From Macrostomum lignano (taxonomy: Eukaryota), in contig NIVC01000562.1 in assembly GCA_002269645.1 (NCBI GenBank), positions 62,001-126,000 of the forward strand: 64,000 bases of DNA. The letters run 5' to 3'. The position numbers were made by a program, and so were the translations under genes. Under the pieces are notes generated by a model. It had not been told where the DNA came from, did no database searches, and saw nothing but the letters and a program-made list of their open reading frames with translations. Positions 1-12,041 of this stretch are shown piece by piece (positions within the stretch are counted from its first letter, which is position 1; the number at the start of each line of letters is the position of its first letter).

Positions 1-833
1 CATATCTTGGATTAAATTCAATGCGCGAAAGCCCAAATGGGCTGCAAAAAGCTATATTATTCTAAATAAAACTGTAACCAACTGTTAGACACACAGGAAA
101 GCAAAAAGAGATCCTGACTAGACAGAGATTGAAGCCACAGGTTACTAAAAATAATAGATTAAACTCCTCTATGGCAAAGCCTTATCAATCCTGTTCATCT
201 TTACTTCCTTCCAATTTCAGAATTTTAATATACATCCGGTAATTTATTGTAAAACAAACTGAGAAAAATCGGTGTAAGTTCACTTTTACACACAAATAAA
301 AATGGCGTTTTATAATTAATTGCACAAACACGCATGGAGTCAGGATTAAAATATAGCCTAAATAAATATGAATATAATATGAGATTACCCACAATAGAAA
401 AATTTTGGTCAAATATATTAGTCTTATAGTCCCCCTACTGCCTAAAAAGTGAATGCTTTGTATTGCGTGATGGTATGGAAGACTTCTCCACTCTATGGAT
501 CAAATATTTCCTAACAACAATTCCACATCATCCCTAACAGGCTCTCAATACTAGTAAGTATAATTATTAACTAGTACATAATTATAAATAATAAAAATAA
601 AACGGAAAGACAGAGCACGACACGTAGCGAATAGAGAAAAAATGGGATCTCCCTCCCACCCGTCTGAGAAATTGCGGTTGTGCGAGCATTTGTAAAATAT
701 TTTGATCAGTGTTGCATTGCACTTTGATGCAATTTATCAGTCATTTAATTCAAGTTTTGATCATCTCTTGTGAAAGCCTGAAGTGCGCTTACAGACAAGC
801 TTAGATAGTGGAGTGTACAGAAAAAGCTTTGAT

Positions 834-1205
834 CCTGGAGCTTACAGACTGACTGGGCTTGGAGCTTACAGACTGAAGCTTGGAGCTTACAAACTGACTG
901 GGCTTGGAGCTTACAGACTGAAGCTTGGAGCTTACAAACTGCAGCTTGGAGCTTACAGACTGACTGGGCTTGGAGCTTACAGACTGAAGCTTGGAGCTTA
1001 CAAACTGCAGCTTGGAGCTTACAGACTGAAGCTTGGAGCTTACAGACTGCAGCTTGGAGCTTACAGACTGCAGCTTGGAGCTTACAGACTGCAGCTTGGA
1101 GCTTACAGACTGAAGCTTGAAGCTTACAGACTGCAGCTTGGAGCTTACAGACTGAAGCTTGGAGCTTACAGACTGAAGCTTGGAGCTTACAGACTGCAGC
1201 TTGGA
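834..1205. repeat. Minisatellite, 21/27-bp units (CTTGGAGCTTACAGACTGCAG)
   Basis: Direct inspection. Confidence 0.95.
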
Positions 1206-1337
1206 TAGTGAAACTTGTTGACGGCTTATTAGATTATTATTATTAATATTTCTGAAACGTTACGATTGAAATCATTTATAAGACATGAAAATATTAGACA
1301 CACCGTTATCAAGGGCCAGTTCCCTCAGCCAGCAGTC

Positions 1338-4300
1338 TCAGAACATGTAATAAGTGGTATTGCACTCTGATATTCCGTGCAGCATTTCAATCAGCTGAGC
1401 TTCCGACTGCTTCTGCCGCATCAGCAGCCTGTCTAACTGGCGCTGCGGCAGCGACAAATCCTTGATATTTGGCTGCTGCATTCGATGATGCGGAGGTCGG
1501 CAGCCGGGACTCTTTGGCGCGGTCGCGGCGGCGGCGGCCGACGCAGCGGTTGATCCGCCAGTCGAACAGGCAGCGGCAGCGCCGGAAGCTCCAGCCAACC
1601 AGCTGTTAACCAGCTGAGGCGGGGCCAGCGCCATCGAGGAGGTGGCAGTCAGCTGGCTGACGTCGATGCCACCGGCAGAGTCGGCCGCGGCCAGCAGGTT
1701 ACTGTCCGAAATGGCCATCTTCAACGTCAGCGGAGCGGTCAACGAGTTCTGTTGTTGCTGTTGCTGCTGCAGCTGCAGCTGCAGCTGTTTCTGTTGTTGC
1801 TGCTGTTGAAAATTGAAATGCCGCGCAGGCGATCTGTCGCTTAGCAACGCCTTGCTGAGACGCTCGGCCCGTTGGCCAACAACGCCGATTTCGCCAATTT
1901 GCGTCACAATTTCGTCGTCTAAAGTGGAACCGTCGACGCCGGAGTCCAGCGAGGCCTGCGACCGGCTGACCAGGCCGCAGGCGGGTAGGAAGGACATGTT
2001 CTCCCGGCCGCCGGCGGCCCCTGCGACGCCCGCATTCGACGACGCGCCATGCCGACCGTCGGGCTCGCGATCGTCTTCTTCTTCTTCTTCATCATCGTCG
2101 TAGTCGTCGTCGGCTTTGACAGCGGCGGCGGCGGCGGCAGCGGCGCGGTAGGTGTCGGTTGGATGCTTCGGACTCTTGCCGCGAGGCAGCTTCGCAACTG
2201 CCCGGACCTGCGGGTTGGACAGACGATTCTTGTGTAATGGCTGGAGGCGATGCTTGTGTAATGACTGGAGGCGATTCTTGTGTAATGGCTGGAGGCGATT
2301 CTTGTGTAATGACTGGAGGCGATGCTTGTGTGATGGCTGGAGGCGATTCTTGTGTAATGGCTGGAGGCGATTCTTGTGTAATGACTGGAGGCGATGCTTG
2401 TGTAATGGCTGGAGGCGATGCTTGTGTGATGGCTGGAGGCGATTCTTGTGTAATGGCTGGAGGCGATTCTTGTGTAATGACTGAGGCGATGCTTGTGTAA
2501 TGGCTGGAGGCGATTCTTGTGTAATGACTGGAGGCGATGCTTGTGTAATGGCTGGAGGCGATTCTTGTGTAATGGCTGGAGGCGATTCTTGTGTAATGAC
2601 TGGAGGCGATGCTTGTGTAATGGCTGGAGGCGATTCTTGTGTAATGACTGGAGGCGATTCTTGTGTGATGGCTGGAGGCGATTCTTGTGTAATGACTGGA
2701 GGCGATGCTTGTGTGATGGATGGAGGCGATTCTTGTGTAATGGCTGGAGGCGATTCTTGTGTAATGACTGGAGGCGATGCTTGTGTAATGACTGGAGGCG
2801 ATTCTTGTGTAATGACTGGAGGCGATGCTTGTGTGATGGCTGGAGGCGATGCTTGTGTAATGACTGGAGGCGATTCTTGTGTAATGACTGGAGGCGATTC
2901 TTGTGTGATGGCTGGAGGCGATTCTTGTGTAATGACTGGAGGCGATTCTTGTGTAATGACTGGAGGCGATTCTTGGGCAAGGACTAAAGGCGATGCTTGT
3001 AAAATGGCTGGAGGCGATGCTTGTGTAAATGGCTGGAGGCGATTCTTAGGCAAGGACTGGAGGCGATTCTAGTATAATGACTGGAGGCGATTCTTGTGTA
3101 AAGGCTGGAGGCGATTCTTGTGTAATGGCTGGAGGCGATGCTTGTGTAATGACTAGAGGCGATTCTTGTGTAATGACTGGAGGCGATTCTTGTGCAATGG
3201 CTGGAGGCGATTCTTTTGTAATGGCTGGAGGCGATTCTTGTGTAAATGGCTGGAGGCGATTCTTGTGTAACGGCTGGTTCATAGATACATCAATGAATCT
3301 ATGGGACACCCCTGTATTGGGACACCCCTGTACGAGGGGTGTCCCAAAAGTCGGTGCACTTTCTTCACTACAGCTTTTTCTGACCGATCAGAAATATTAA
3401 GTCTGTTGCAGTTGAAAAGAGAATTATCTGCCCGTTAAAATGACTTTCTATTTATTTCTATATCTGCTGGCATTCTTGAGATATGAGCACTTTTCTGCCC
3501 CACCCCCTGTGCTACTTTTACAAATTTGTAAGCTTTGTACCTGATGCACGAAAGAACGAAACAATCAACGAATCAAAAAAACATCCGCAACATGAAAGTT
3601 GAGGAAAGAACAGTTAAAAGTTAATCAACATTGTCCTGAGGCTTCTCCTCATAGTCACCACTGCGCTGCACACTTCTGCCATCGGCTGTGCATGTCGACA
3701 ACGCACGTCCCACACGGCCAAGAAAACGGAGGAGACGATCGAGCAGGCAAATTTTGTGCTGCACTCACTGCCACCCTACTCTCCGGATTTGTCAACAGCT
3801 GACTTTTCCTTCTTTCCAAAGAGGAAGAAGCTGCTGCATGGACAAATCTTTGCTTGTCGTTGGAGCCTGGAAGCATTGACTCGCCAAGTTCTCCTTCATG
3901 AGATGCCGCGCTCAGATTTTGCTGATTGACGACATTGACGACATGCACAGCCGATGGCAGAAGTGTGCAGCGCAGTGGTGACTATGTGGAGAAGCCTCAG
4001 GACAATGTTGATGATTAACTTTTGACTGTTCTTTCCTCAGGCAGAAAAGTGCTCATATCTCAAGAATGCCAGCAGATATAGAAATAAATAGCAAGTCATT
4101 TTAACGGGCAGATAATTCTCTTTTCAACTGCAACAGACTTAATATTTCTGATCGGTCAGAAAAGGCTGTAGTGAAGAAAGTGCACCGACTTTTGGGACAC
4201 CCCTCGTATGTGCAAGAGACCTTGGGGCTTTGATAAACAGGGAATAATGGGACCCATCTTACCTGCAGAGTGCACTGGGCAATCTCGGCGGCAATTTGGA

Positions 4301-7300
4301 AGCTCTCGCTGATGGCTTTGAGCGAGTCGCGAGCCTCCTCCTCGGTGGAGACGCTGATCATCATATTATTAAACAGGCGCTTTCTTGGCGCCCGGAACGT
4401 GAAATGAAATTTTTCCTTGTACACCACTCGCATGCACGGGTGCGGCCGAGCTTTCAGCAGGTGCGACTCCGGGCCCAGTAGCACTTCGTTGATGTCGCTG
4501 AGCTCGACTCGCTGAACGGCGTCCTTGTCCGCTAGGCGAATCACGTAGGCTGCCGCGCTGCTCAGGTAGAGAACGCAGTTCATCTCGGACTCGTCCGACT
4601 TGGCCTCATCGGTTAAGATTAGCGGCCAGCAGCCGATCGCCTTCTCCTAGAAAATCAATACCAACAAATTGATACTATCTGATTCTGAATTCCTTCGTAT
4701 CTGATTCTGAATTCCCCCGTATCTGATTCTGAATTCCCCCGTATCTGATTCTGAATTCCCCCGTATCTGATTCTGAATTTCCCCGTATCTGATTCTGAAT
4801 TCCCCCGTATCTGATTCTGAATTTCCCCGTATCTGATTCTGAATTTCCCCGTATCTGATTCTGAATTCCCCCGTATCTGACTCTGAATTCCCCCGTATCT
4901 AATTCTGAATTCCCCCGTTTCTGATTCTGAATTCCCCCGTATCTGATTCAGAATTCCCCCATTTTCGGTTTGTAAATTCCTACGTATCTGATTCTAAATT
5001 TCCTCGTATCTGATTCTTAGTTTCCCTAGTAAATCTGATTCTGAATTCTAGCGGTGTCTTATTCTTAATTCCCCTTCAGTATCCCATTCTGAACTCCCAA
5101 GCTACCCCTTAGTGTCTCATACAATAAATTAGGATACATCAGCAGACAGGCGACAAAGACACGAGCACAATGGCCCCCAAAATAATTTCCCTAAAATGTG
5201 ACACACAATCCCAATGAAAGGGAAAAGGTTGGGGCTTTCAATTCAAGTGTTTGCAGATAGGAATCCCGCCACCCCAAGAGCACTTCAGCTTAGAAACATC
5301 TGTGCAGAAGCGGAATTAGATTTTGAATGAATAATACAAGCTACTACTTGTTACATGGCGAATTCAACAGGAATATTAGTAAACATTACGGAAAGCTAGA
5401 CTAATAAAACATCTTGAGATTCACTCCACACTAACCCACCTTGAGATTCACTCTACACTGACCCACCTTGAGAATCACTCTACACTGACCCACCTTGAGA
5501 TTCACTCTACACTGACCCACCTTGAGATTCACTCCACACTAACCCACCTTGAGATTCACTCTACACTGACCCACCTTGAGAATCACTCTACACTGACCCA
5601 CCTTGAGAATCACTCTACACTGACCCATCTTGAGAATCACTCTACACTGACCCACCTTGGGATTCACTCTACACTGACTCGCCTTGAGATTCACTCTACA
5701 CTGACCCATCTTGAGATTCACTCTACACTGACCCATCTTGAGATTCACTCTACACTGACCCATCTTGAGATTCACTCTACACTGACTCGCCTTGAGATTC
5801 ACTCTACACTGACCCACCTTGAGATTCACTCTACACTGACCCACCTTGAGAATCACTCTACACTGACTCACCTTGAGATTCACTCTACACTGACCCACCT
5901 TGAGAATTACTCTACACTGACCCACCTTGAGAATCACTCTACACTGACCCACCTTGGGATTCACTCTACACTGACCCATCTTGAGAATTACTCTACACTG
6001 ACCCACCTTGGGATTCACTCTACACTGACCCATCTTGAGAATTACTCTACACTGACCCATCTTGAGAATCACTCTACACTGACCCACCTTGAGAATCACT
6101 CTACACTGACCCACCTTGAGAATCACTCTACACTGACCCACCTTGAGAATCACTCTACACTGACCCACCTTGAGAATCACTCTACACTGACCCAACTTGA
6201 TATTCACTCTACACTGACTTTTCTTCAGAACTATCCCATTGACCCATATGTAGAACTATCCCACTGACCTATTTCCAGAACTATCTCAGTGACCTATTTT
6301 CAGAACTATCTCAGTGACCATCTTCAGAACTATCTCAGTGACCTATTTTCAGAACTATCCCAGTGACCATCTTCAGAACTATCTCAGTGACCATCTTCAG
6401 AACTATCTTAGTGACCTATTTTCAGAACTATCTCAGTGACCTATTTTCAGAACTATCTCAGTGACCATCTTCAGAACTATCTCAGTGACCATCTTTAGAA
6501 CTATCTCAGTGACCATCTTCAGAACTATCTCAGTGACCATCTTCAGAACTATCTCAGTGACCATCTTCAGAACTATCTTAGTGACCTATTTTCAGAACTA
6601 TCTCAGTGACCTATTTTCAGAACTATCTCAGTGACCATCTTCAGAACTATCTCAGTGACCATCTTTAGAACTATCTCAGTGACCTTTTTTCAGAACTATC
6701 TCAGTGACCATCTTCGGACGCTGCCTTACCTGGTCACTCTGCAGCACAGTCTGGTCGGCCAGAGTCTTAATCTCCTCGGCCAGGTCGCGGCAGGTGCTGA
6801 GGCCCAGACTGCAGTCGATGGCAGTTTGCCTGGTGAACTCGTTGAACCGCAGGTAGTACCGGCTGGCGCTATTCATGCCGTCGTGCATCAGGCCGTGCAG
6901 GGTCCGCTTGCCAGTCCTGGTTACGTCGGCCTTCAAAGCGCCGGTGCCGGCGTACTGCTGGCTCATGCGGTCGCCGTTGTTGGCCCACAGGCACTGGAAC
7001 GCCGTCTGCAGCTCCTGCGGCAGGCTGTCCTCCGGATACAACAGGCCGAGCTTCCTCAGCTGAGTCTCCATCATCAGGCGAGCGAAGGCTGTCTGTACAA
7101 CATTAGTCCGGTCCAAGCAGTCGATGCAGTTAACCCGAAACACGCTGGATTGCCTGCAGATGACGCCTTTCCTGTCTACCCAGCAGAAGAACATATCGCG
7201 CATAATGGGCATAACATTATCCAATAGTATGGAGATATTCTCAAAGTGCATCTGTTTGCAGTACTCGTGAAAGTCGAACTGCATATAAACTAAGTCCGGG

Positions 7301-10300
7301 CTGTTCAATGCGACCACCCGACGAAGGTACTCGGAGGCGATGACGTTCTCCGAGCGGCCAGGCGACGTGTCCACCAGGCTGACCACAATGAGCCGGCCGA
7401 ATTCGCTAATTAGCCGGTAGAAATGGCTGTTCAATGCCGTCTGGTTCTCCTGCTCGCTGCGCTCCAATTTAGGCGGCGGCTTGTAGCGCAGGCCGCTCTG
7501 CGACCAGAATAGGGGAACGGAGCCGCGCAGCTGGACAAAGGAGACGAAATGCGGAGACGTCTCGTGGTGCACCTGGGGGTGGCAGTGATGGCAGTGATAA
7601 CTCTTCGAAGTCTTGACATTTTACCATCACTAGATCAAGTCTTGTGCTATTTGTCTAGAGACGTGTTAAGCATCAGTGAAATCAACTTAGGTTTCTTGAC
7701 ACTAAACTTGGAGTTTCTGACATCAAATTTGAGCATTCCTGACACTAAAGTTGGAGTTTCTGACATTAAATTTGAGCATCCCTGACACTAAGGTTGGAGT
7801 TTCTGACATCAAATTTGAGCATTCCTGACACTAAAGTTAGAGTTTCTGACATCAAATTTGAGCATCCCTGACACTAAGGTTGGAGTTTCTGACATCAAAT
7901 TTGAGCATCCCTGACACTAAACTTAGAGTTTCTGACAAGAATTTAAGGATTCTTGACATCTAAATTTGGAGTTCCTGACACCAACTATACCATCTCTGAC
8001 ACTAAGATTGGAGCTCCTGACACCAACTATAGCATCTCTGACACTAAGATTCAAGCTCCTGACCCCTGACCAAGAATAGCATCGCTGACACTAAGACTGG
8101 AGCTCCTGACACCAACAATACCATCTCTGACACTAAGACTGGAGTTCCTGACACCAACTATAGCATCGCTGACACTAAGACTGGAGCTCCTGACACCAAC
8201 TATAGCATCGCTGACACTAAGATTGGAGCTCCTGACACCAACTATAGCATCTCTGACACTAAGATTCAAGCTCCTGACCCCTGACCAAGAGTAGCATCGC
8301 TGACACTAAGACTGGAGCTCCTGACACCAACTATAGCATCGCTGACACTAAGATTGTAGTCCTTGACAACCTAAATGCTAAATTCGAACCAAATGCAAGC
8401 AACACTTACCTGCACCAGCTGCTCCGTCACCACATAGTTAGCCACATGGCCGTTTTCATCGACGCCGCGTTTTTGAAATCGTGTACCGGCCCGATGTTTG
8501 CACCGCCGACTAATGAGCGACAGGCTGACATTGACGGGATCGCGCCGCTCCGACGGGCCCAATATTATATTCATGGAATCGATGTAGCCCTGAATAACCG
8601 GCATAATCACGGCGGCGGCATTCGAATTGCCTTTATCAGCTTCTTCAACTAAATCGGCTAGCATAGTCTGATTCCAGAAGAATTCACGTTTACACCGCCG
8701 GCAAGGCGGCTCGTCCGACTCGTAACTGTCGGAGTTCTGCTGCTGCAGGGTGCTGGTGAGGTCGGCGCCGTCCGGGCTGAAGTAGCAGCCGTCGCAGAAT
8801 AAGCGAGCCACTTCGTCCGCGATCTGCGCGAGTTGGGTTAAAAGTGCACGGGGAGATATGTATTGTGTACGAACTGGTGTGCGCCTTCCCTCTAGACCAA
8901 ATACCACAGTTCGCACCCTTGCGCACTTTAGGCGACATTGTCACACAACCGGCGAGAGGCATTACTGCCCATTCCACCGACTCCCCTGAGCAGGCACACA
9001 AGCGCGGATACGTACGCAGTCATACGCACAGGCACACACTCACACAGGAGTGTACAGCGGCCCTAACTTTATTTATCGTTAGGCATGTACACTTCACTGT
9101 GCCTTGGGGGTTGGCCCTCAAAGGCGTTAATTGCACGAGCAGAGCCAAGCCGAGATTCCAATTTAGCCCCAAATTAATGCGACTGCACTTGGAATCGAGC
9201 CTGGGCCGCTGGCACATCAGAGCACCGCGCTAGGCGACTGAGCTCCCAATTATTGAATGCTAAGACACCATCAGGGACCAAACCTTTCATATCTCACTGA
9301 CCTTCCTAGTGACCCGCTCTTTGCCGACTGTGAGATCGCCACGTCGTTTCAGGTTGCTCATATTCTCGGTTGCTGCGGTGCGCAGATGTTGAAAAGCTTT
9401 AGTAAACACCTTCGGCGCCTCGTCCATGACGCCCAGAATGCGCTGCTGCTGTGGCTGCTGGCTTGGCTGCTGATGCTCTGCTTGATTGCGGCTCTGGAAA
9501 GGTATTAGTGCATCCATACTATTTGGTTTAATTAATTTCAAGCTGATAAGCTACTATAGAATAGATTTGGAGGCTGATAAACTACTATAGAATGGATTTG
9601 GAAGCTGATAAGCTACTATAGAATAGATTTGGAAGCTGATAAACTACTATAGAATAGATTTAGAAGCTGATAAACTACTATAGAATAGATTTGGAAGCTG
9701 ATAAACTACTATAGAATAGATTTGGAAGCTGATAAACTACTATAGAATGGATTTGGAAGCTGATAAACTACTATAGAATAGATTTGGAAGCTGATAAACT
9801 ACTATAGAATGGATTTGGAAGCTGATAAACTACTATAGAATGGATTTGGAAGCTGATAAACTACTATAGAATAGATTTGGAAGCTGATAAACTACTATAG
9901 AATAGATTTGGAAGCTGATAAACTACTATAGAATAGATTTAGAAGCTGATAAACTACTATAGAATAGATTTGGAAGCTGATAAACTACTAAAGAATGGAT
10001 TTGGAAGCTGATAAAACTACTATTGAATAGATTTGGAAGCTGATAAACTACTAAAGAATGGATTTGGAAGCTGATAAACTACTATAGAATAGATTTGGAA
10101 GCTGATAAACTACTATAGATTTGGAAGCTGATAAACTACTATAGAATAGATTTAGAAGCTGATAAACTACTATAGAATAGATTTAGAAGCTGATAAACTA
10201 CTATAGAATAGATTTAGAAGCTGATAAACTACTATAGAATAGATTTAGAAGCTGATAAACTACTATAGAATAGATTTGGAAGCTGATAAACTACTAAAGA

Positions 10301-12041
10301 ATGGATTTGGAAGCTGATAAAACTACTATTGAATAGATTTGGAAGCTGATAAACTACTATAGATTTGGAATCTGATAAACTACTATAGATTTGGAAGCTG
10401 ATAAACTACTATAGAATAGATTTGGAAGCTGATAAACTACTATAGAATAGATTTAGAAGCTGATAAACTACTATAGAATAGATTTGGAAGCTGATAAACT
10501 ACTATAGAATAGATTTAGAAGCTGATAAACTACTATAGAATAGATTTAGAAGCTGATAAACTACTATAGAATAGATTTAGAAGCTGATAAACTACTATAG
10601 AATAGATTTGGAAGCTGATAAACTACTATAGAATAGATTTAGAAGCTGATAAACTACTATAGAATAGATTTGGAAGCTGATAAACTACTATAGAATAGAT
10701 TTGGAAGCTGATAAACTACTATAGAATAGATTTGGAAGCTGATAAACTACTATAGAATAGATTTGGAAGCTGATAAACTACTATAGAATAGATTTGGAAG
10801 CTGATAAACTACTATAGAATAGATTTGGAAGCTGATAAACTACTATAGAATGGATTTGGAAGCTGATAAACTACTATAGAATAGATTTGGAAGCTGATAA
10901 ACTACTATAGAATAGATTTGGAAGCTGATAAACTGGAATTTTTTTTGTTTTTGATTAATTCGAGATAACCTGATCATTAGCTGTGCAGATCAGATTGAGA
11001 AATTCGATTTAATTTCAATTTCGGAAATTACCGTCTATCTATATCCGAGTTACATATAAGCTCAGCTAGCCTTTCAAAATATTTTGCAGCTGGATCAAAG
11101 ACAATAAAGGGATTTCTTTGAAAGTCACTTTCTTTCTAGATTTCCCGAGAAATCTAAATTTAAACTGTGGGTCTCAAAGAAAAGAGAAATAATTAATAGA
11201 AACTACCCAGGCATCTCTCAACTGCTTTACCTGATTTTGCAGGTCTAAAATTAGTGCTATAGCTTGTCAGCATTGGTTACCAAAATATTCAGTTTTCTGG
11301 TACATGCGCCATTTTTATACAAGCTATCTTGTACGCATCTAACCCTTGTACTCCAGCTCAGCGGCGAACGCGCCTGACACTCGCGCCGCGACCCCTGGTT
11401 CGATTCCCTGCGCGAACGCGTTTATTTGGGGCTTGTGCATAAAACTTCCCAAGGGTTTGCGTTTTGCGATTCACGCCCATAAGAGCCGATGCCAATGCAC
11501 CATGCTGACTCTGACAGCAGCCATAAACACAAGAACATGGCCAAGTCCCCATGTGTAGTAGATCAGATCCTACACTCACTGGATGGATTCGACAGGTCTC
11601 CAGGCAGAGGTCAACCGGTTCAGCCGAAGTCAAGGGCAAGCTGGCCACCTTGGCTATGCGCCGCACCGTGCCCCCGGTCGGATAGTGCATTACAAACTCG
11701 CTTTTAGTCACAAGCAGCAGGTGAAATTCGTCGCTATCATCGTAGCGTAATTTACCTAGTAGAGCTTCGCAACAGCCGAGACAGACGGCGCCGGCGTACT
11801 GGGCCAGGCAGTCCCGGCCGCTGCCAGGATAAGCAGACAGGCCTGGCCGGATGCGGCTGCACACGATGGCAATGTTATCCCCAGTGAGCAGGATGTAGTT
11901 CTCCTTAGTCTGGAACACCTCCATCATTGGCGGCAGTTCAGGGGACCGGCCTCCGCTAGGCGTGGAATCCGCCAACATTGAGGCTGGCGAAACAGATGTT
12001 GGCGGTGTGGGAGACGGCTGAGCGCGCAACCGAGCCGCCAT
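1338..12041 (-). CDS. INPP5F: Phosphatidylinositide phosphatase SAC2 (SAC domain + hSac2 domain), ~1054 aa; complement(join(1338..2207,4263..4646,6730..7572,8410..8823,9302..9493,11580..12041))
   Basis: Intact CX5R(T) motif RVNCIDCLDRTNVVQ; SAC motifs FVQLRGSVPLFWSQ, RAGTRFQKRGVDENGHVANYV, WANNGDRMSQQYAGT. Exon 4263-4646 (EKAIGCWPLI...NCVLYLSSAAAYVI) resembles hSac2. All junctions are GT-AG and keep frame. Confidence 0.9.
2218..3270. repeat. Minisatellite, 24-bp unit (GGCTGGAGGCGATTCTTGTGTAAT), SAC2 intron 5
   Basis: Direct inspection; 1-nt deletion in the unit at ~2483. Confidence 0.97.
3333..4206. mobile_element. Tc1/mariner-type non-autonomous foldback element (MITE), 874 bp, in SAC2 intron 5
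   Basis: TA at 3331-3332 and 4207-4208; ends CGAGGGGTGTCCCAAAAGT and its inverse. Arms 3333-3499 + 3599-3696 are inverted copies of 4041-4206 + 3941-4040. Confidence 0.85.
4671..5050. repeat. Minisatellite, ~22-bp unit (TATCTGATTCTGAATTCCCCCG), SAC2 intron 4
   Basis: Direct inspection. Confidence 0.95.
5414..6217. repeat. Minisatellite, 27-bp unit (CTTGAGATTCACTCTACACTGACCCAC), SAC2 intron 4
   Basis: Direct inspection, ~30 copies. Confidence 0.97.
6223..6712. repeat. Minisatellite, 24/25-bp unit (TTCAGAACTATCTCAGTGACCATC), SAC2 intron 4
   Basis: Direct inspection. Confidence 0.95.
7690..8366. repeat. Composite minisatellite, ~21/42-bp units built on CTGACA, SAC2 intron 3
   Basis: Unit drifts from CTGACATCAAATTTGAGCATTC to CTGACACCAACTATAGCATCG. 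Confidence 0.9.
8930..9247 (-). mobile_element. tRNA-derived SINE family A copy (SAC2 intron 2)
   Basis: Minus strand has A-box-like GAGCTCAGTCG and B-box GGCTCGATTCC; body (GGCCAACCCCCAAGGCAC...TGCTCAGG...GGAATGGGCAG) is shared with 23940 and 42518. Confidence 0.7.
9535..10934. repeat. Minisatellite, 31-bp unit (GGAAGCTGATAAACTACTATAGAATAGATTT), SAC2 intron 1
   Basis: Direct inspection, ~45 copies. Confidence 0.97.
11349..11515 (+). mobile_element. tRNA-derived SINE family A, partial copy (SAC2 intron 1)
   Basis: CAGCTCAGCGGCGAACGCG...CGCGACCCCTGGTTCGATTCC...GCGATTCAC, shared with the 42518 copy. Confidence 0.65.

Noticed and set aside
783-3400. Long repetitive ORFs (LGAYRL, QESPPVIT, GGDSCVM)
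   Set aside because: Translations of 21- and 24-bp minisatellites; only 1338-2207 is a real exon.
3655-3948. ORF as an extra SAC2 exon
   Set aside because: Lies inside the foldback MITE; exons 4263 and 2207 already join in frame.
5539-6207. Other repeat-derived ORFs (also 33196-33981 in part, 39135-39612, 49035-50191)
   Set aside because: Arise from stop-free tandem units inside introns or intergenic DNA.
9535-10934. CRISPR-like appearance of 25-35-bp arrays
   Set aside because: Head-to-tail units with no unique spacers, no cas genes, eukaryotic context.
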